Shown here: piece after piece, positions 28,955 through 39,157 of the stretch
How positions within the stretch are numbered: position 1 is the stretch's first letter
Layout: each line of letters opens with the position of its first letter
Origin: Candidatus Berkelbacteria bacterium
GTDB taxonomy: Bacteria > Patescibacteriota > UBA1384 > XYA2-FULL-43-10 > CAINNR01
Length of the DNA stretch: 64,000 bases
Assembly: GCA_037142675.1 (NCBI GenBank)
Contig: JBAXAF010000003.1
Span: 3,717-67,716 of the forward strand
Direction: 5' to 3'
Translations under genes and position numbers: made by a program
Notes under the pieces: model-generated
Database searches by the model: none
What the model was told of the DNA's origin: nothing
What the model saw: the letters and a program-made list of their open reading frames with translations, nothing else

Positions 28955-29476
28955 ATGGAAAAGTTTACAATTGCTGAAATTGATGATGTGCGAAATAGCG
29001 GTTTTCGGCCTCAAGTTGTCGGCTGCTTTATAAATGATCGAAAGATTTTATTTTTATATAAAAAAATTCACGATCTTTGGCAATTACCTCAGGGTGGAAT
29101 TGACAATGGCGAGGACATTGATGCCTCATTTACGCGGGAAATGGCAGAAGAACTTGGCGGAAAGTTTACAGCCTCGGTAACAAGCGATATTAGCTTGGTT
29201 GGAAGCGATGAAATTGATTTCCCAAAGCAAACGCAGAATTCACGGGAGCTAAAAAATGATAAAGGAGAAATCATTTTTATGAAAGGCAAGAAATACTTCT
29301 TTATTGCTGCAACTTCCGACACCTTAGAAATTGACATCGCAGAAACTGAGTTTGACGATTATAAATGGGTAACGCATGCTAAAGCATTGGTTCTGTGTAA
29401 TGAAATGTACCAGCAGGGCAAGAAACGAATAACCCTTAATGCACTTAGCCAGATAAAAAGTTTAGGATTAATTTAA
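28955..29476 (+). CDS. NUDIX hydrolase.
   Basis: Canonical Nudix box GGIDNGEDIDASFTREMAEELGG (GX5EX7REUXEEXGU). The start ATG at 28955 follows the kor delta stop. The longer ORF from 28892 is rejected as overlap. Confidence 0.75.
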   Translation: MEKFTIAEIDDVRNSGFRPQVVGCFINDRKILFLYKKIHDLWQLPQGGIDNGEDIDASFTREMAEELGGKFTASVTSDISLVGSDEIDFPKQTQNSRELKNDKGEIIFMKGKKYFFIAATSDTLEIDIAETEFDDYKWVTHAKALVLCNEMYQQGKKRITLNALSQIKSLGLI

Positions 29477-29939
29477 GTTAATCTAGGTGGAGGTCAACGT
29501 GGTTTGGTACTGGTGGCTGATTACTGCGATAATAATTGCTATTCTGCTTTGGTGGGCCTTTAATCAATCAAAGTAGTCGCAGTTGAACTTGAGCTCAATT
29601 TGTGCTAATATTTTAATGTCAAAACAAATCAGACTAGAGCGTCCCGAATCATCGGGAGGGTCGGCAGAACATTATGAAGTCAGAATTATACATTTTACTT
29701 CTGAATAATGATCAATATTATACGGGTTAAACCAATAATCTGCCAAGAAGACTCATAGAGCATCAAAGAAGGCAGACCACTAGTATCAGGCATAAACTTC
29801 CTTGCAAACTTGTTTTCCACCAATCATTTGATACCATTCTTCAGGCCAGAAGATTAGAGATATTTATCAAAAAACAAAAGAGCAGAGTATTTATAGAAAA
29901 GATAATAAGCGGCCAAGTCAAATTACAATCTATTCTTGG

Positions 29940-30016
29940 GGGCCGTTAGCTCAGTTGGCTAGAGCACTTCGCTGGCAGCGAAGGGGTCGCTGGTTCGAAT
30001 CCAGTACGGTCCACCA
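29940..30016 (+). tRNA. tRNA-Ala(GGC): tRNA-Ala, anticodon GGC, with the G3:U70 identity pair and an encoded CCA.
   Basis: GGGCCGT-TA-GCTC-AGTTGGCTA-GAGC-A-CTTCG-CTGGCAG-CGAAG-GGGTC-GCTGG-TTCGAAT-CCAGT-ACGGTCC-A-CCA. 77 nt. Confidence 0.85.
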
Positions 30017-31600
30017 CAATGACTTTGTGCCTTCAGATATAGTACTTTTATCGCTCCCAGAGTGGGAAAATGCTGGTTCTAACCTAGCATTTTTTTGTTG
30101 ATAAGATTTGGCAATTTCAGCAAACGGCTCTCGCCAAAAACGATCTCCCACACTGAGTATTCCGTTCTTCATAGTTAAGTTCTTACCTAAGGTTATCAAT
30201 ATCTCACGACGAGCCTGTTTGTCGCCATTTAGGAAGTTAATTTGAGCATAGGCAACGAACTCAACGGCTTTCTCCAATATTTCGGTACAGTTGTTAATTT
30301 TCTTCTCGGCAGTATTCAATCTCTCTATGGCCAAAGCTTTCTCTCTGTTAATTTCAACTTTTCTAGCAACATATTCATTACTATCAACAAAGCCTTCAAT
30401 TTTGGAGTCCAAAAGTCTTTTTAGTTTGTCATCACATTTTAAAACCTCGCCTTGGGCACTTTTTGTGATTAGTTCTTTCTCTCCAAATTCCTCTTCATTA
30501 GATCTTTTCAACTTATTCATGGCAAATTGCAAAAATTCGTCAGGCAGTTTTGTTTCTCCCAACCTTTCAATAATTTGTTTCTCCAACTCTGGCTCGAGTG
30601 TATTTTTCCTGTCTTGGCAATAGAAATCTCGTTTCTTGTGCGTGCAGTGGTAATAAGTATATTCTTTTGACTGCCCCGTGCTCTTAATGTCTTTAGTTTT
30701 AGTTTCGGCTGTAATGGCACAGCCACAAACTTCACACTGAACGGCACCAGTATAGGCAAAATCGCGAGTTTTGGCCCTAGTTTTTCCTCTATCGCCTAAA
30801 AACTTTTGAACGCAGTCAAACTCTTCGAGCGTAACCATTGGCTCATGAGTTGCTTTGTATTGGTTCCCTCGGTATTCTAGTCGGGCAGTATAAAAGATAT
30901 TGCTGAAAGTTTTGTAGATTAAGCTGTAACCCAGTGGCCTAGCCGAGTATTTACCTCGTGGCTTGGTTGTTAGCCCCCACTCCTTGTTGGCAATATCACA
31001 GATCTGCTGTGGATTGTAGTTGCCAGACAGCATCATTTCCCACATTTTCCTTACCAATTCAAAGCGGTCTGGATCTTTTTCAATATGAGCGCTCTTTTTG
31101 CTGTCTCTGACATTAATGTAGCCAATGGGGGCACGGCTTGGATATTCACCCTTTTCAAATTTGCTCAAAACACTGCGTGAAATGTTTGTGCTCAAATCCT
31201 TTACATACTGATTAGCCATTCCCATTTCGAGAGACATCATTACAACATTATCTTCAGGGGCGTATTCTTTTTCGAAAGTCACAATTCGCTTAATAATGCT
31301 TTCTTGTAGCAAATAGCTAATAGTGCCGGCATCAACAGGATTTCTGGCCAAACGATCTAGTTTCCAACAGATAATCCCACTAGCTTCGCCTTTTTGGATT
31401 CTTTGAATCATCTCGGCAAAGAGAGGGCGAACATATGGGTTTTTGGCTGATTTTGCCTCTTGGATAATATCAACAACCACCAAACCCTTTTCCTGGGCGA
31501 TTCGCTTCAAGAATTTGATTTGATCGGGCAACGATTCAATTTGATTGTCGCCACGATCTGTTGATTTTCGGGCATAAATGAAGAATTTTTCTTTAGTCAT
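29951..31600 (-). CDS. Large serine recombinase (resolvase-type catalytic domain, recombinase domain, zinc-ribbon/coiled-coil). The likely start is MTKEKFF at 31600; the ORF is open to 31657. Its last 66 nt read through the 3' half of tRNA-Ala.
   Basis: N-terminal IYARKSTDRGDNQ (catalytic Ser context), and C-terminal CEVCGC...YYHC zinc ribbon with coiled-coil. RBS aggaaaaataatATG. Confidence 0.8.
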   Translation of the reverse strand: MTKEKFFIYARKSTDRGDNQIESLPDQIKFLKRIAQEKGLVVVDIIQEAKSAKNPYVRPLFAEMIQRIQKGEASGIICWKLDRLARNPVDAGTISYLLQESIIKRIVTFEKEYAPEDNVVMMSLEMGMANQYVKDLSTNISRSVLSKFEKGEYPSRAPIGYINVRDSKKSAHIEKDPDRFELVRKMWEMMLSGNYNPQQICDIANKEWGLTTKPRGKYSARPLGYSLIYKTFSNIFYTARLEYRGNQYKATHEPMVTLEEFDCVQKFLGDRGKTRAKTRDFAYTGAVQCEVCGCAITAETKTKDIKSTGQSKEYTYYHCTHKKRDFYCQDRKNTLEPELEKQIIERLGETKLPDEFLQFAMNKLKRSNEEEFGEKELITKSAQGEVLKCDDKLKRLLDSKIEGFVDSNEYVARKVEINREKALAIERLNTAEKKINNCTEILEKAVEFVAYAQINFLNGDKQARREILITLGKNLTMKNGILSVGDRFWREPFAEIAKSYQQKNARLEPAFSHSGSDKSTISEGTKSLWWTVLDSNQRPLRCQRSALAN

Positions 31601-31647
31601 ATTATTTTTCCTATAAAAAAGAGAGGCAATAGCAAGAAGTTTCAAGT

Positions 31648-31714
31648 TACGACACAAGAAACGGCTACTGCCTCACTTTTACAAAAAACTTCTATTGCGT
31701 TGTCTTGTGTCGTG
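31648..31714. promoter_or_regulatory. Imperfect 16-nt inverted repeat (acgacacaagaaacgg / cgttgtcttgtgtcgtga) flanking a roughly 33-nt spacer, just upstream of the recombinase start.
   Basis: Seen directly in the recombinase 5' region, between the 69-aa ORF stop and the recombinase ATG. Confidence 0.35.
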
Positions 31715-31747
31715 ATTATATTGTATCAAATCTAGGTAATAAAGTCA

Positions 31748-31957
31748 TCATGAATTGGGCAGTTTACGAACTAAATCAACAAAGCGAATTAAACTCAAAG
31801 CGTCTTCCATTGCCTCAGCATCGGAGATGTCTTTGCCCCACTTGGCTTTGACCAAAGCTTTGTATTCAATTATGTCCGATTGAGTTAATTGCATTTTTCC
31901 TGAGCAAGGGCAGTCGGGGGAGACGGTACCCCTAGTTATTAATATGGATGAAGGCAT
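31748..31957 (-). CDS. Hypothetical small protein (69 aa), island cargo.
   Basis: ORF only. No recognisable motif. Confidence 0.3.
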   Translation of the reverse strand: MPSSILITRGTVSPDCPCSGKMQLTQSDIIEYKALVKAKWGKDISDAEAMEDALSLIRFVDLVRKLPNS

Positions 31958-31994
31958 TTGAAAAATAAAAAATGAACTGTGCCAAACCTACCCA

Positions 31995-32399
31995 TTATTT
32001 AAATCCCAGCCTTTTTTCTATTTCCTCCCTGGAAAGACCAGTTTCTCTTCGAAAAAAAGCATAAGCTTTAAGTTCTCCGACCTTGTTATACATAATGTTA
32101 TTTCTGAGTTTTTTGGTAATTCTGTAGAAATTATCTTTATTATTGGCAAATTCTGCATCAAAGGCCTCTGCGGTAGGAACTTTTTTCTTCTGAAGCTGTC
32201 CTGCTCGCCAAGCGAGTAGAAAATTATCATCAGTATCAAAATGTTTAATTGGAAACTTGCCATTGAAAGCAATTATTGAACATTCGATGTGTTTCAGGCT
32301 AGTTTTTGGATAGATCAATTTTTTCATTTTTCTCCTTTGTAATTTTTGGTTACATTGATATTTCAAAAAGTGTTGATTGACACCCCTCTTTCTCCCCAC
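31995..32399 (-). CDS. Hypothetical protein. The likely start is the internal MKKLIYPK near 32326.
   Basis: ORF only. Basic N-terminal region. Confidence 0.3.
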   Translation of the reverse strand: MGRKRGVNQHFLKYQCNQKLQRRKMKKLIYPKTSLKHIECSIIAFNGKFPIKHFDTDDNFLLAWRAGQLQKKKVPTAEAFDAEFANNKDNFYRITKKLRNNIMYNKVGELKAYAFFRRETGLSREEIEKRLGFK

Positions 32400-32626
32400 A
32401 ACAAATAATTAAATACAGATGGCTCTTTGTAGAATTGTTTTATCTCAACTCAGGAGCTTGCTTCGCTTAACATTGGGCGTCATTGTATTGACGGAGTCCA
32501 AGAGGTTCCATTCCCTGTCAGCCCGGGGATATGGTTTTAATTGATCAACATTTCAATTTAGATTTAGTGTTGACTCCCTCTGGCTATTGACGCATGCCAG
32601 ATCACTCTTGCGCTTGTTTCCAAGAA

Positions 32627-32647
32627 GTTGAACAAACAATGTTCAAC
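32627..32647 (-). terminator. Perfect 8-bp hairpin (gttgaaca-aacaa-tgttcaac) immediately 3' of the 107-aa ORF.
   Basis: Inverted repeat seen directly. Only a weak U-tract follows. Confidence 0.3.
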
Positions 32648-32670
32648 ATTCCTGTAAGCAAATAATAATG

Positions 32671-32994
32671 TTATTTTTTTCTTGCCCATCTTATTGCCAT
32701 AAAACCCTCATCAACCAGACAATCCCTAACAAAATTCTGAATTTGATTCCCTGAGCCAATTAATGAATTTTCATACCCACTATCCTTGTCGACCAACATC
32801 ACAAGATATCGATTTGTGAGCGGCTTTCCCTCACAATCCTTTGGCATATCAACGGCATTTGCCAGTCGAGCCAAGATCTTTAGCGGACTATGCTTTTTGG
32901 TGTTCAAACAGGGTCTTGGCATACCGGAAGTTTTGAACGGTCTGGAATACCCATTCGGGTCATCAACCCACTTGTCGTAAATGTTGATTTTCAT
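32671..32994 (-). CDS. Hypothetical protein (107 aa), island cargo.
   Basis: ORF only. Confidence 0.3.
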   Translation of the reverse strand: MKINIYDKWVDDPNGYSRPFKTSGMPRPCLNTKKHSPLKILARLANAVDMPKDCEGKPLTNRYLVMLVDKDSGYENSLIGSGNQIQNFVRDCLVDEGFMAIRWARKK

Positions 32995-33408
32995 TGCCGA
33001 GTCCTTTCTTTAAAGGGTTAAAAATCTTTAAGAAAATCCCATAGAACCGGGCAGAACTATGAGATTTTCTTAGCCCAGTTCCTAGTTTTTAGATGAGAAA
33101 TTGAAGAACTAATTCAGAGAACGCTGAGTACTAATCCATTAAAAAAAACCGAAAATTTACAATTTATGTAAATGCCCGGTTGTTCCGTCGACTTAATAAA
33201 TTACTAAAAGCTTACAGAAGTATGGTCTGAAAGTCAAACAACATTTAACAACAAAGAAATTTGCTATTCCTGAAGCAATCATTTGATATTTAATGTTTTT
33301 AGCTAGTATATTTCATTTTGCGAAAAAGACTTTCAATTGCTAGGACAAAGTGGTACAGTAAACACTAGAAAACATTCGGGCATGGACTAAAAATTCCCTC
33401 GGCCTATT

Positions 33409-36400
33409 TTGGTCGAGTATCTTGGCTTAATAATTTTAAAAAATATGGCTGACTATAGCCAAAAATTTGACGCAAAAGCATATTGGGCAACTAAACCGTT
33501 TTGTTCTGTTTGCAAAAATCACAAGGTGAAAAACGGAACAATTTGTTATAAATGCAAGGGAAATATGGAAAAAAACAAAATAGCTAACACAATTGAAGAG
33601 AGCTTTGATACTGAGGATGAAAAAGCTACATCATCTACTACTACCAAAATTCCTGAGAAATTCTCTCAAATAAAATTTGATAAAAGTTTTATTAAAAAAC
33701 TATTGGACAAACTAAAGGTTGGCAATGCCAGATCGATTCACCTCAACGCGGTTCCTGGTCGATCTGCTACACGATTAGACCTGCACCAGTTATCAGAAAT
33801 TGATCCTGAAATGCCACTCGATTTTATCAAAACTATATTGAACAAAGAAAGCTTCTCATTCTCTATTTCATTTGACAAAATTGATCTAGGAGAGCTGGAA
33901 GATAGTGAGAAGAAAAAACTTGTGCTTATTTCTAAAAGACTAAATGCACTTGTAATAGAAAAAGAAGATAATTTTTTGGAATTTGGTCTCAAGAATTTTG
34001 GTTTTGGTTATCCAATATTAATAAAACGTGACCAAAATGACCCAACAAAAATTATTAAAGCGCCTCTTTTCATCTGGCACTTAGACATCGAAAGATCATA
34101 TCAGAATAAAAATAACTGGACCATTAAAAAAGATGAAGATTCGCCGATCAAGATTAATGAAATACTGATCTCTCACCTCTCAAAAGATGAGTCAGTCAAA
34201 ATAGAAAAAATCTCCCAAGAAATTCTCGAAGATGGAATACTAGATGAGACCGAACTTCTAGAGATGAGTAGCAATATATTGTCGCAACTAAATTCTAAAG
34301 TTGATAATTTATCGATTAGAATAGATAAGTGTCCTGATTCGAAAGAGATTGAAGCAATCGCAAATTCTAAACCATGGATTCAATGGAGTGGAATTTTTGG
34401 GATTTATCGTTCGCAAAATGAAACAATCATCCACTCGACAGAAGAACTGCTTGAGAGATTCGATGAATTTGAAAGTGAAAAGTTGGTATTAGAGCAATTT
34501 CAAACATCCAGCATATCTGCGGTTGAAACTGACCCTAGCAAAGAAGAGATTGTTAACACATTAACGAAAGATGAAATTAAGTTAATCCAGGGGCCACCAG
34601 GAACTGGTAAAAGTCAAAGTATTACAGCTATTGTGTCTAATGCACTTGCAAACAACGCTAAATGTCTTATTGTCTGCGAAAAGAAAACGGCGCTTGATGT
34701 AATAAATGAAAATTTGAAAAAGATTGGGTTGGACAGCTACTCAATCCTTATCGACGATGTTAACAAAGACAGGAAAAAAGTCATCCAAAAAGCACGTGAT
34801 ATTAAAGAATCGCCATATTACCCGTCATTCGCGAGAAAAGATTTTGAAATTAAATATGAAAAATTTTGTGAGCTAAAAAATGATATTAATCTAAAGAGCG
34901 CTGAGACACTTCAAAAAGTTTTAGGAGATATTTCCTGGAAGCAGCTAGTCGGTTTATATTTGAAATTTTCTAAGTCGGGAGATATAGATAAAATTGCTTC
35001 AGAAATTAACTACAGCCAACTAAAATTTGACCACCAAGAATACTCTGACTACCTTGCCATGGTAGAAGAATCCGTTTTTCTTTTTGATGATTTGGAAAAA
35101 AATTCAGAGGAAGTCTTTTCCTTATTGCGCGACACATCGTTTTTAACTCCTTACCGTTCCACTGACAAAGAAAATTTAAAGGATGAAATTGAAATTATTT
35201 CTCAAATTGCAAAATCCTCTGAACAATTTCTGATCAAAAATGCACAGTCTGGTTTCGAAGAAAAAGGAATTTCGTTGTTTAAGCCGAAATCGATCGTAAA
35301 ATGCAAATTGCAATTATCTGAATTGAAACAAGCACTAAAAGAAATTATTGACTTGTATGAGGCCGGGATTAAATTAGTTGGTGATGAGTTTAACAAAAAG
35401 GGCTTGGTCCAAAATGTTAGGTACCAAGTCTCAGCTTTATTTGGCACCAAACATAAAAAAATATATGCTATCAGAAGAAAAATTCCCACATTACTAAAAA
35501 ATGCCACTCAGATTATCTCGGAATTAGAAAAGTTTGGTTTTGGAAACTTAAGCCTAAAAAAATTTGAAGCACACGAGTCGTGCAAAAGCTTAAAAAATAA
35601 TTCTATAGATACTTTAGGGGAAGTCAAAAAAATTGAATCAAAGATAGATCAAATCAAGAAAAATGAAGACGAATTAATAAGCATCTACAAAAAGTTAATG
35701 GAATCTGCAGAAAAAAAGATTTTTGACCTTGATATCAAAAGTTATATTTCCTTAGGAAATCGTGCTCAGCTAGTTAAATTCTTCAAGGACATGGGTGATG
35801 TCATCGAAAATGTTCGTTGCCATTTGGATGCTTACGAGAGTTATCATAACTGGAAATATTTTTGCAGTAATAAGAATAGTCTCGAATTACAGATTCTATC
35901 TGCACTTAAAGATTCTCCGCCAGAAAACTGGAGAAACATTTTTATTGCTTGGTATTATCGTGGAACATTACAAAATTATGAAAATACAACAAAAGTCGGA
36001 TTTCACAAGTCAAATTCTAAATTACAACAGCTATCTGGAGTCTATAATGAGCTCTGTGATTCCCAGATTCAACAAATTAAATCAAATTGGGGAAATAGCA
36101 GAAGCTACCAAATATCCAAAATTGATTATAACTTCAATACCCTATTTAGCTTGAGAAAAAACAACGCGGGGCCAAAAAGTTCGCTTAGAAAAATTATTGA
36201 CAAAGATTTTGATTTATTCACCACTTTGTTTCCAGTTATTTTAACTAACCCTGCAGCTGCAAATGCTATTTTTCCTCTCACCCAGGGATTGTTTAATATT
36301 GTCATCTTTGATGAGGCTAGCCAGTTGAGAATCTCTGACACTTTTACAAGTCTAATCCGCGGACAATATAAAATCATCGCTGGAGATGAACATCAGATGC

Positions 36401-37608
36401 CTCCTTCAAGCTATTTTCAAAGTACTGCTGAGTTGCTAGATAACCCTGAAGGAGAAGAGATTGAGTCAACTGCAGACGAAGATGAGCAAGCGGTTTTAGC
36501 TGAAAGTGAATCCTTGCTTCAATATGCCAGTGATTTAAAGAATGTGAACAAGTCGTACTTGGATTTTCACTACCGCTCAAATCATCCTGCTCTAATCGAC
36601 TTTTCAAACTGCGCTTTTTATGGAGGAAATCTGGTCCCTTTTCCACCGCAAGAAATTTACACCCCAATAGAATTCAGAGCTATCAATGGTCGTTACGAAA
36701 CTAGGACCAACCCATCAGAAGTTATCGAAATAATAAAAATCATCAAGAATGAAATTCATGCTGATCAAAAAGGTAAATACCCATCAGTTGGGATAGCCAC
36801 TTTTAACATAAACCAAAGGAATCTGATTACCGAGGCATTAAATGAATGGGCGGAAAAGGATCCATCTTTTGGCAGAAAACTTCTGGAGTTAAGGGAGTGT
36901 GGTTTGTTCGTAAAGAATTTGGAAAATATTCAAGGTGACGAAAAAGACATTATCATTATCTCAACTACTTATGGGATTCAAGAAGACGGAAGTTTTTCGC
37001 AGAATTTTGCGAGACTAAATAGAATTGAAGGCTATAAATTGCTGAATGTTCTAATTACCAGAGCTAAGCACAAACTTTATGTTTGCACTTCAATTCCAAA
37101 AGAAAAATATCTTTCTTATGCTGACATTATACAAAACGAGGGAAATAACAAAAAGGGCATTCTGTACGCCTATCTTGCATATGCCGAAGCAGTCTCAAGC
37201 CATAATACCGAATCAGCAGAAGGAATTTTAAGAACATTAAAAGAATACAGTTATGAAAAACCTAGAATTATTTCGAACTCAGATGGTCTTTCCGAGTCCC
37301 CATTTGAAGAAGAAGTCTACGAGATGCTTTGTGACCAATTCAAGGCTGAAAATGTAATCCAGCAACATAAGATTGGTGGTTTTCGCCTAGATTTTGTCAT
37401 TAAAGCAAAATCAACAGATATTGTCCTGGAATGTGACGGGAAAGCATATCATCAGTCCGAAGAAGCGTACGCTCATGACATGTACCGACAAAAGGAGCTC
37501 GAGAAACTAGGTTTTGTGGTTTACAGAATCTGGTCAACAAACTGGTTTCAAGACAAGGAAATTGAAATGCAAAAACTAGTCAGATTTGTCGAATCTAAAA
37601 GCCAGTGA
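33409..37608 (+). CDS. SF1 (DNA2/Upf1-like) helicase with an N-terminal Cys-rich region, a DUF4011-like domain and a C-terminal DUF559/Vsr-like (PD-(D/E)xK) endonuclease domain. It is a helicase-nuclease and a candidate defence protein (Hhe-like architecture). The likely start is MADYSQ at 33445.
   Basis: Walker A LIQGPPGTGKSQSITAIV, Walker B-like IVIFDEASQL, motif VI-like LNVLITRAKHKL. The C-terminal GGFRLDFVIKAKSTDIVLECDGKAYHQS...YRIWSTNWFQDKE matches the DUF559/Vsr-like endonuclease consensus. N-terminal CSVC...CYKC. Confidence 0.7.
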   Translation: MVEYLGLIILKNMADYSQKFDAKAYWATKPFCSVCKNHKVKNGTICYKCKGNMEKNKIANTIEESFDTEDEKATSSTTTKIPEKFSQIKFDKSFIKKLLDKLKVGNARSIHLNAVPGRSATRLDLHQLSEIDPEMPLDFIKTILNKESFSFSISFDKIDLGELEDSEKKKLVLISKRLNALVIEKEDNFLEFGLKNFGFGYPILIKRDQNDPTKIIKAPLFIWHLDIERSYQNKNNWTIKKDEDSPIKINEILISHLSKDESVKIEKISQEILEDGILDETELLEMSSNILSQLNSKVDNLSIRIDKCPDSKEIEAIANSKPWIQWSGIFGIYRSQNETIIHSTEELLERFDEFESEKLVLEQFQTSSISAVETDPSKEEIVNTLTKDEIKLIQGPPGTGKSQSITAIVSNALANNAKCLIVCEKKTALDVINENLKKIGLDSYSILIDDVNKDRKKVIQKARDIKESPYYPSFARKDFEIKYEKFCELKNDINLKSAETLQKVLGDISWKQLVGLYLKFSKSGDIDKIASEINYSQLKFDHQEYSDYLAMVEESVFLFDDLEKNSEEVFSLLRDTSFLTPYRSTDKENLKDEIEIISQIAKSSEQFLIKNAQSGFEEKGISLFKPKSIVKCKLQLSELKQALKEIIDLYEAGIKLVGDEFNKKGLVQNVRYQVSALFGTKHKKIYAIRRKIPTLLKNATQIISELEKFGFGNLSLKKFEAHESCKSLKNNSIDTLGEVKKIESKIDQIKKNEDELISIYKKLMESAEKKIFDLDIKSYISLGNRAQLVKFFKDMGDVIENVRCHLDAYESYHNWKYFCSNKNSLELQILSALKDSPPENWRNIFIAWYYRGTLQNYENTTKVGFHKSNSKLQQLSGVYNELCDSQIQQIKSNWGNSRSYQISKIDYNFNTLFSLRKNNAGPKSSLRKIIDKDFDLFTTLFPVILTNPAAANAIFPLTQGLFNIVIFDEASQLRISDTFTSLIRGQYKIIAGDEHQMPPSSYFQSTAELLDNPEGEEIESTADEDEQAVLAESESLLQYASDLKNVNKSYLDFHYRSNHPALIDFSNCAFYGGNLVPFPPQEIYTPIEFRAINGRYETRTNPSEVIEIIKIIKNEIHADQKGKYPSVGIATFNINQRNLITEALNEWAEKDPSFGRKLLELRECGLFVKNLENIQGDEKDIIIISTTYGIQEDGSFSQNFARLNRIEGYKLLNVLITRAKHKLYVCTSIPKEKYLSYADIIQNEGNNKKGILYAYLAYAEAVSSHNTESAEGILRTLKEYSYEKPRIISNSDGLSESPFEEEVYEMLCDQFKAENVIQQHKIGGFRLDFVIKAKSTDIVLECDGKAYHQSEEAYAHDMYRQKELEKLGFVVYRIWSTNWFQDKEIEMQKLVRFVESKSQ

Positions 37609-37621
37609 ATAGTGCAAGATT

Positions 37622-39157
37622 ATGATAAATATTTACGTTACTGCCTCAAAACTTTATGATTATATTCAGTGTCCGCATAAAGTATGGCGGGATATTTACG
37701 GTCCGCAGAATGAAAAAATTGTCGAATCCAATCCTTTCATTGAGCTACTCTGGAAAAAGGGAATCCAACATGAAAAAAGGGTTGTCTCTGGCATAGGCAG
37801 CTTTTTAGATTTGAGCCAAGGGGATCTTGATGAAAGATTTAAAAAAACCCTAGAAGCTCTCAAAAATCATACGCCGCTGATTTACCAGGGTGTGATAAAA
37901 TATGGCAACTTATTCGGCATTCCAGATTTGCTGGAGCTAATGCCGGATGGCACTTATGTACCCATTGATATAAAATCTGGGTCTGCTTATGAAGGTGAAG
38001 ATGAAGAGCAAGATGCTGAAGGTAAACCAAAGTTGCATTACGCTGTCCAGCTGTGCCTTTATAACGACGTTTTGAAAAAGCTTGGGTTTGCCAATCATAA
38101 CAATGGCCAAGTTATTGATATTCGCCTTGATAAAGATGAATACAATCTTGTTGCACCTAAAGGGACAAGAGACAAAACAACTTGGTGGGATAATTACGAG
38201 AAGATTAAAAATGATGTCTGGCTGCTACTTAATGATGAAATAAGAAACAAACCGTCATATTCAGGTAAATGTAAATTATGCCCCTGGTACAAAAGTTGTA
38301 AAAACTGGTGTCAGGAAACGAACGATTTAACCAATATCTTTAATCTTGGAAGAGCCAACCGCGATAGAATCAACGAAGATCTTGGTATAGATAATCTGAC
38401 AGATTTGATGTCGGTTGATATTCCGTCCGTGATGGAAAAAAAAGAGTTGGAAAAAAAATCGGGCGATAAGAATTTTCTATTCAGAATTTCCGATAATACC
38501 CTGGAAAAGGCAGTTGAAAGGGCTAGAGTCTCACTAATTACAAAAAAACCAGTAATCTATCAACCAGAGGTATTCCCTGATGTCAGTTATGAATTATTCT
38601 TTGATATTGAAGACGATCCAACTCAAGAATTTGTCTATCTACACGGTGTATACGAAAGGCACAATCAAGAGGAACGGTTTCTGGATTTTACTGCTAGAGA
38701 AATAAGTTCTGCAGCTGAAAAAGCTGCTTGGTCAGATTTTTGGCAATATATTGAATCACTTCCCCAAGATGACTATTCTGTATACTATTATTCACATCAC
38801 GAAAAGACAACTTACAAAAGGATGCAGAAACTGTACCCGGATGTAATTTCCGCGAAAAAACTAGAAGAGTTTTTTGACAATCCAAATGTTATCGATCTAT
38901 ATAGCGTCATTCGCTCTAAAACTAATTGGCCGCTTCCAAGTTATTCCCTAAAGGAAATCGCTGTTTACCTCGGTTTTAAATGGAGAGATGAAACGCCATC
39001 TGGCGCGCTCTCAATCCAGTGGTTCAATAATTATATTGAACAGAAAGATCCTGAAATTCTTAAGAGGATTCTGCTTTACAACGAAGACGATTGCAAAGCG
39101 ACAATGGTTATCAAGGATGCGATCGTTAATCTAGAAATAACAGAAAGGATTATATGA
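37622..39157 (+). CDS. RecB/Cas4-like PD-(D/E)xK nuclease with C-terminal Cys cluster, fused to a predicted PolB-like 3'-5' exonuclease (RNase H-like) domain. TM0106-type architecture.
   Basis: N-terminal YDYIQCPHKVW, GIPDLLE...PIDIKSG (D..E.K), CKLCPWYKSCKNWC cysteines. The C-terminal ELFFDIEDDP...VYLHGV motif is typical of RNase_H_2-like exonuclease domains. Confidence 0.6.
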   Translation: MINIYVTASKLYDYIQCPHKVWRDIYGPQNEKIVESNPFIELLWKKGIQHEKRVVSGIGSFLDLSQGDLDERFKKTLEALKNHTPLIYQGVIKYGNLFGIPDLLELMPDGTYVPIDIKSGSAYEGEDEEQDAEGKPKLHYAVQLCLYNDVLKKLGFANHNNGQVIDIRLDKDEYNLVAPKGTRDKTTWWDNYEKIKNDVWLLLNDEIRNKPSYSGKCKLCPWYKSCKNWCQETNDLTNIFNLGRANRDRINEDLGIDNLTDLMSVDIPSVMEKKELEKKSGDKNFLFRISDNTLEKAVERARVSLITKKPVIYQPEVFPDVSYELFFDIEDDPTQEFVYLHGVYERHNQEERFLDFTAREISSAAEKAAWSDFWQYIESLPQDDYSVYYYSHHEKTTYKRMQKLYPDVISAKKLEEFFDNPNVIDLYSVIRSKTNWPLPSYSLKEIAVYLGFKWRDETPSGALSIQWFNNYIEQKDPEILKRILLYNEDDCKATMVIKDAIVNLEITERII

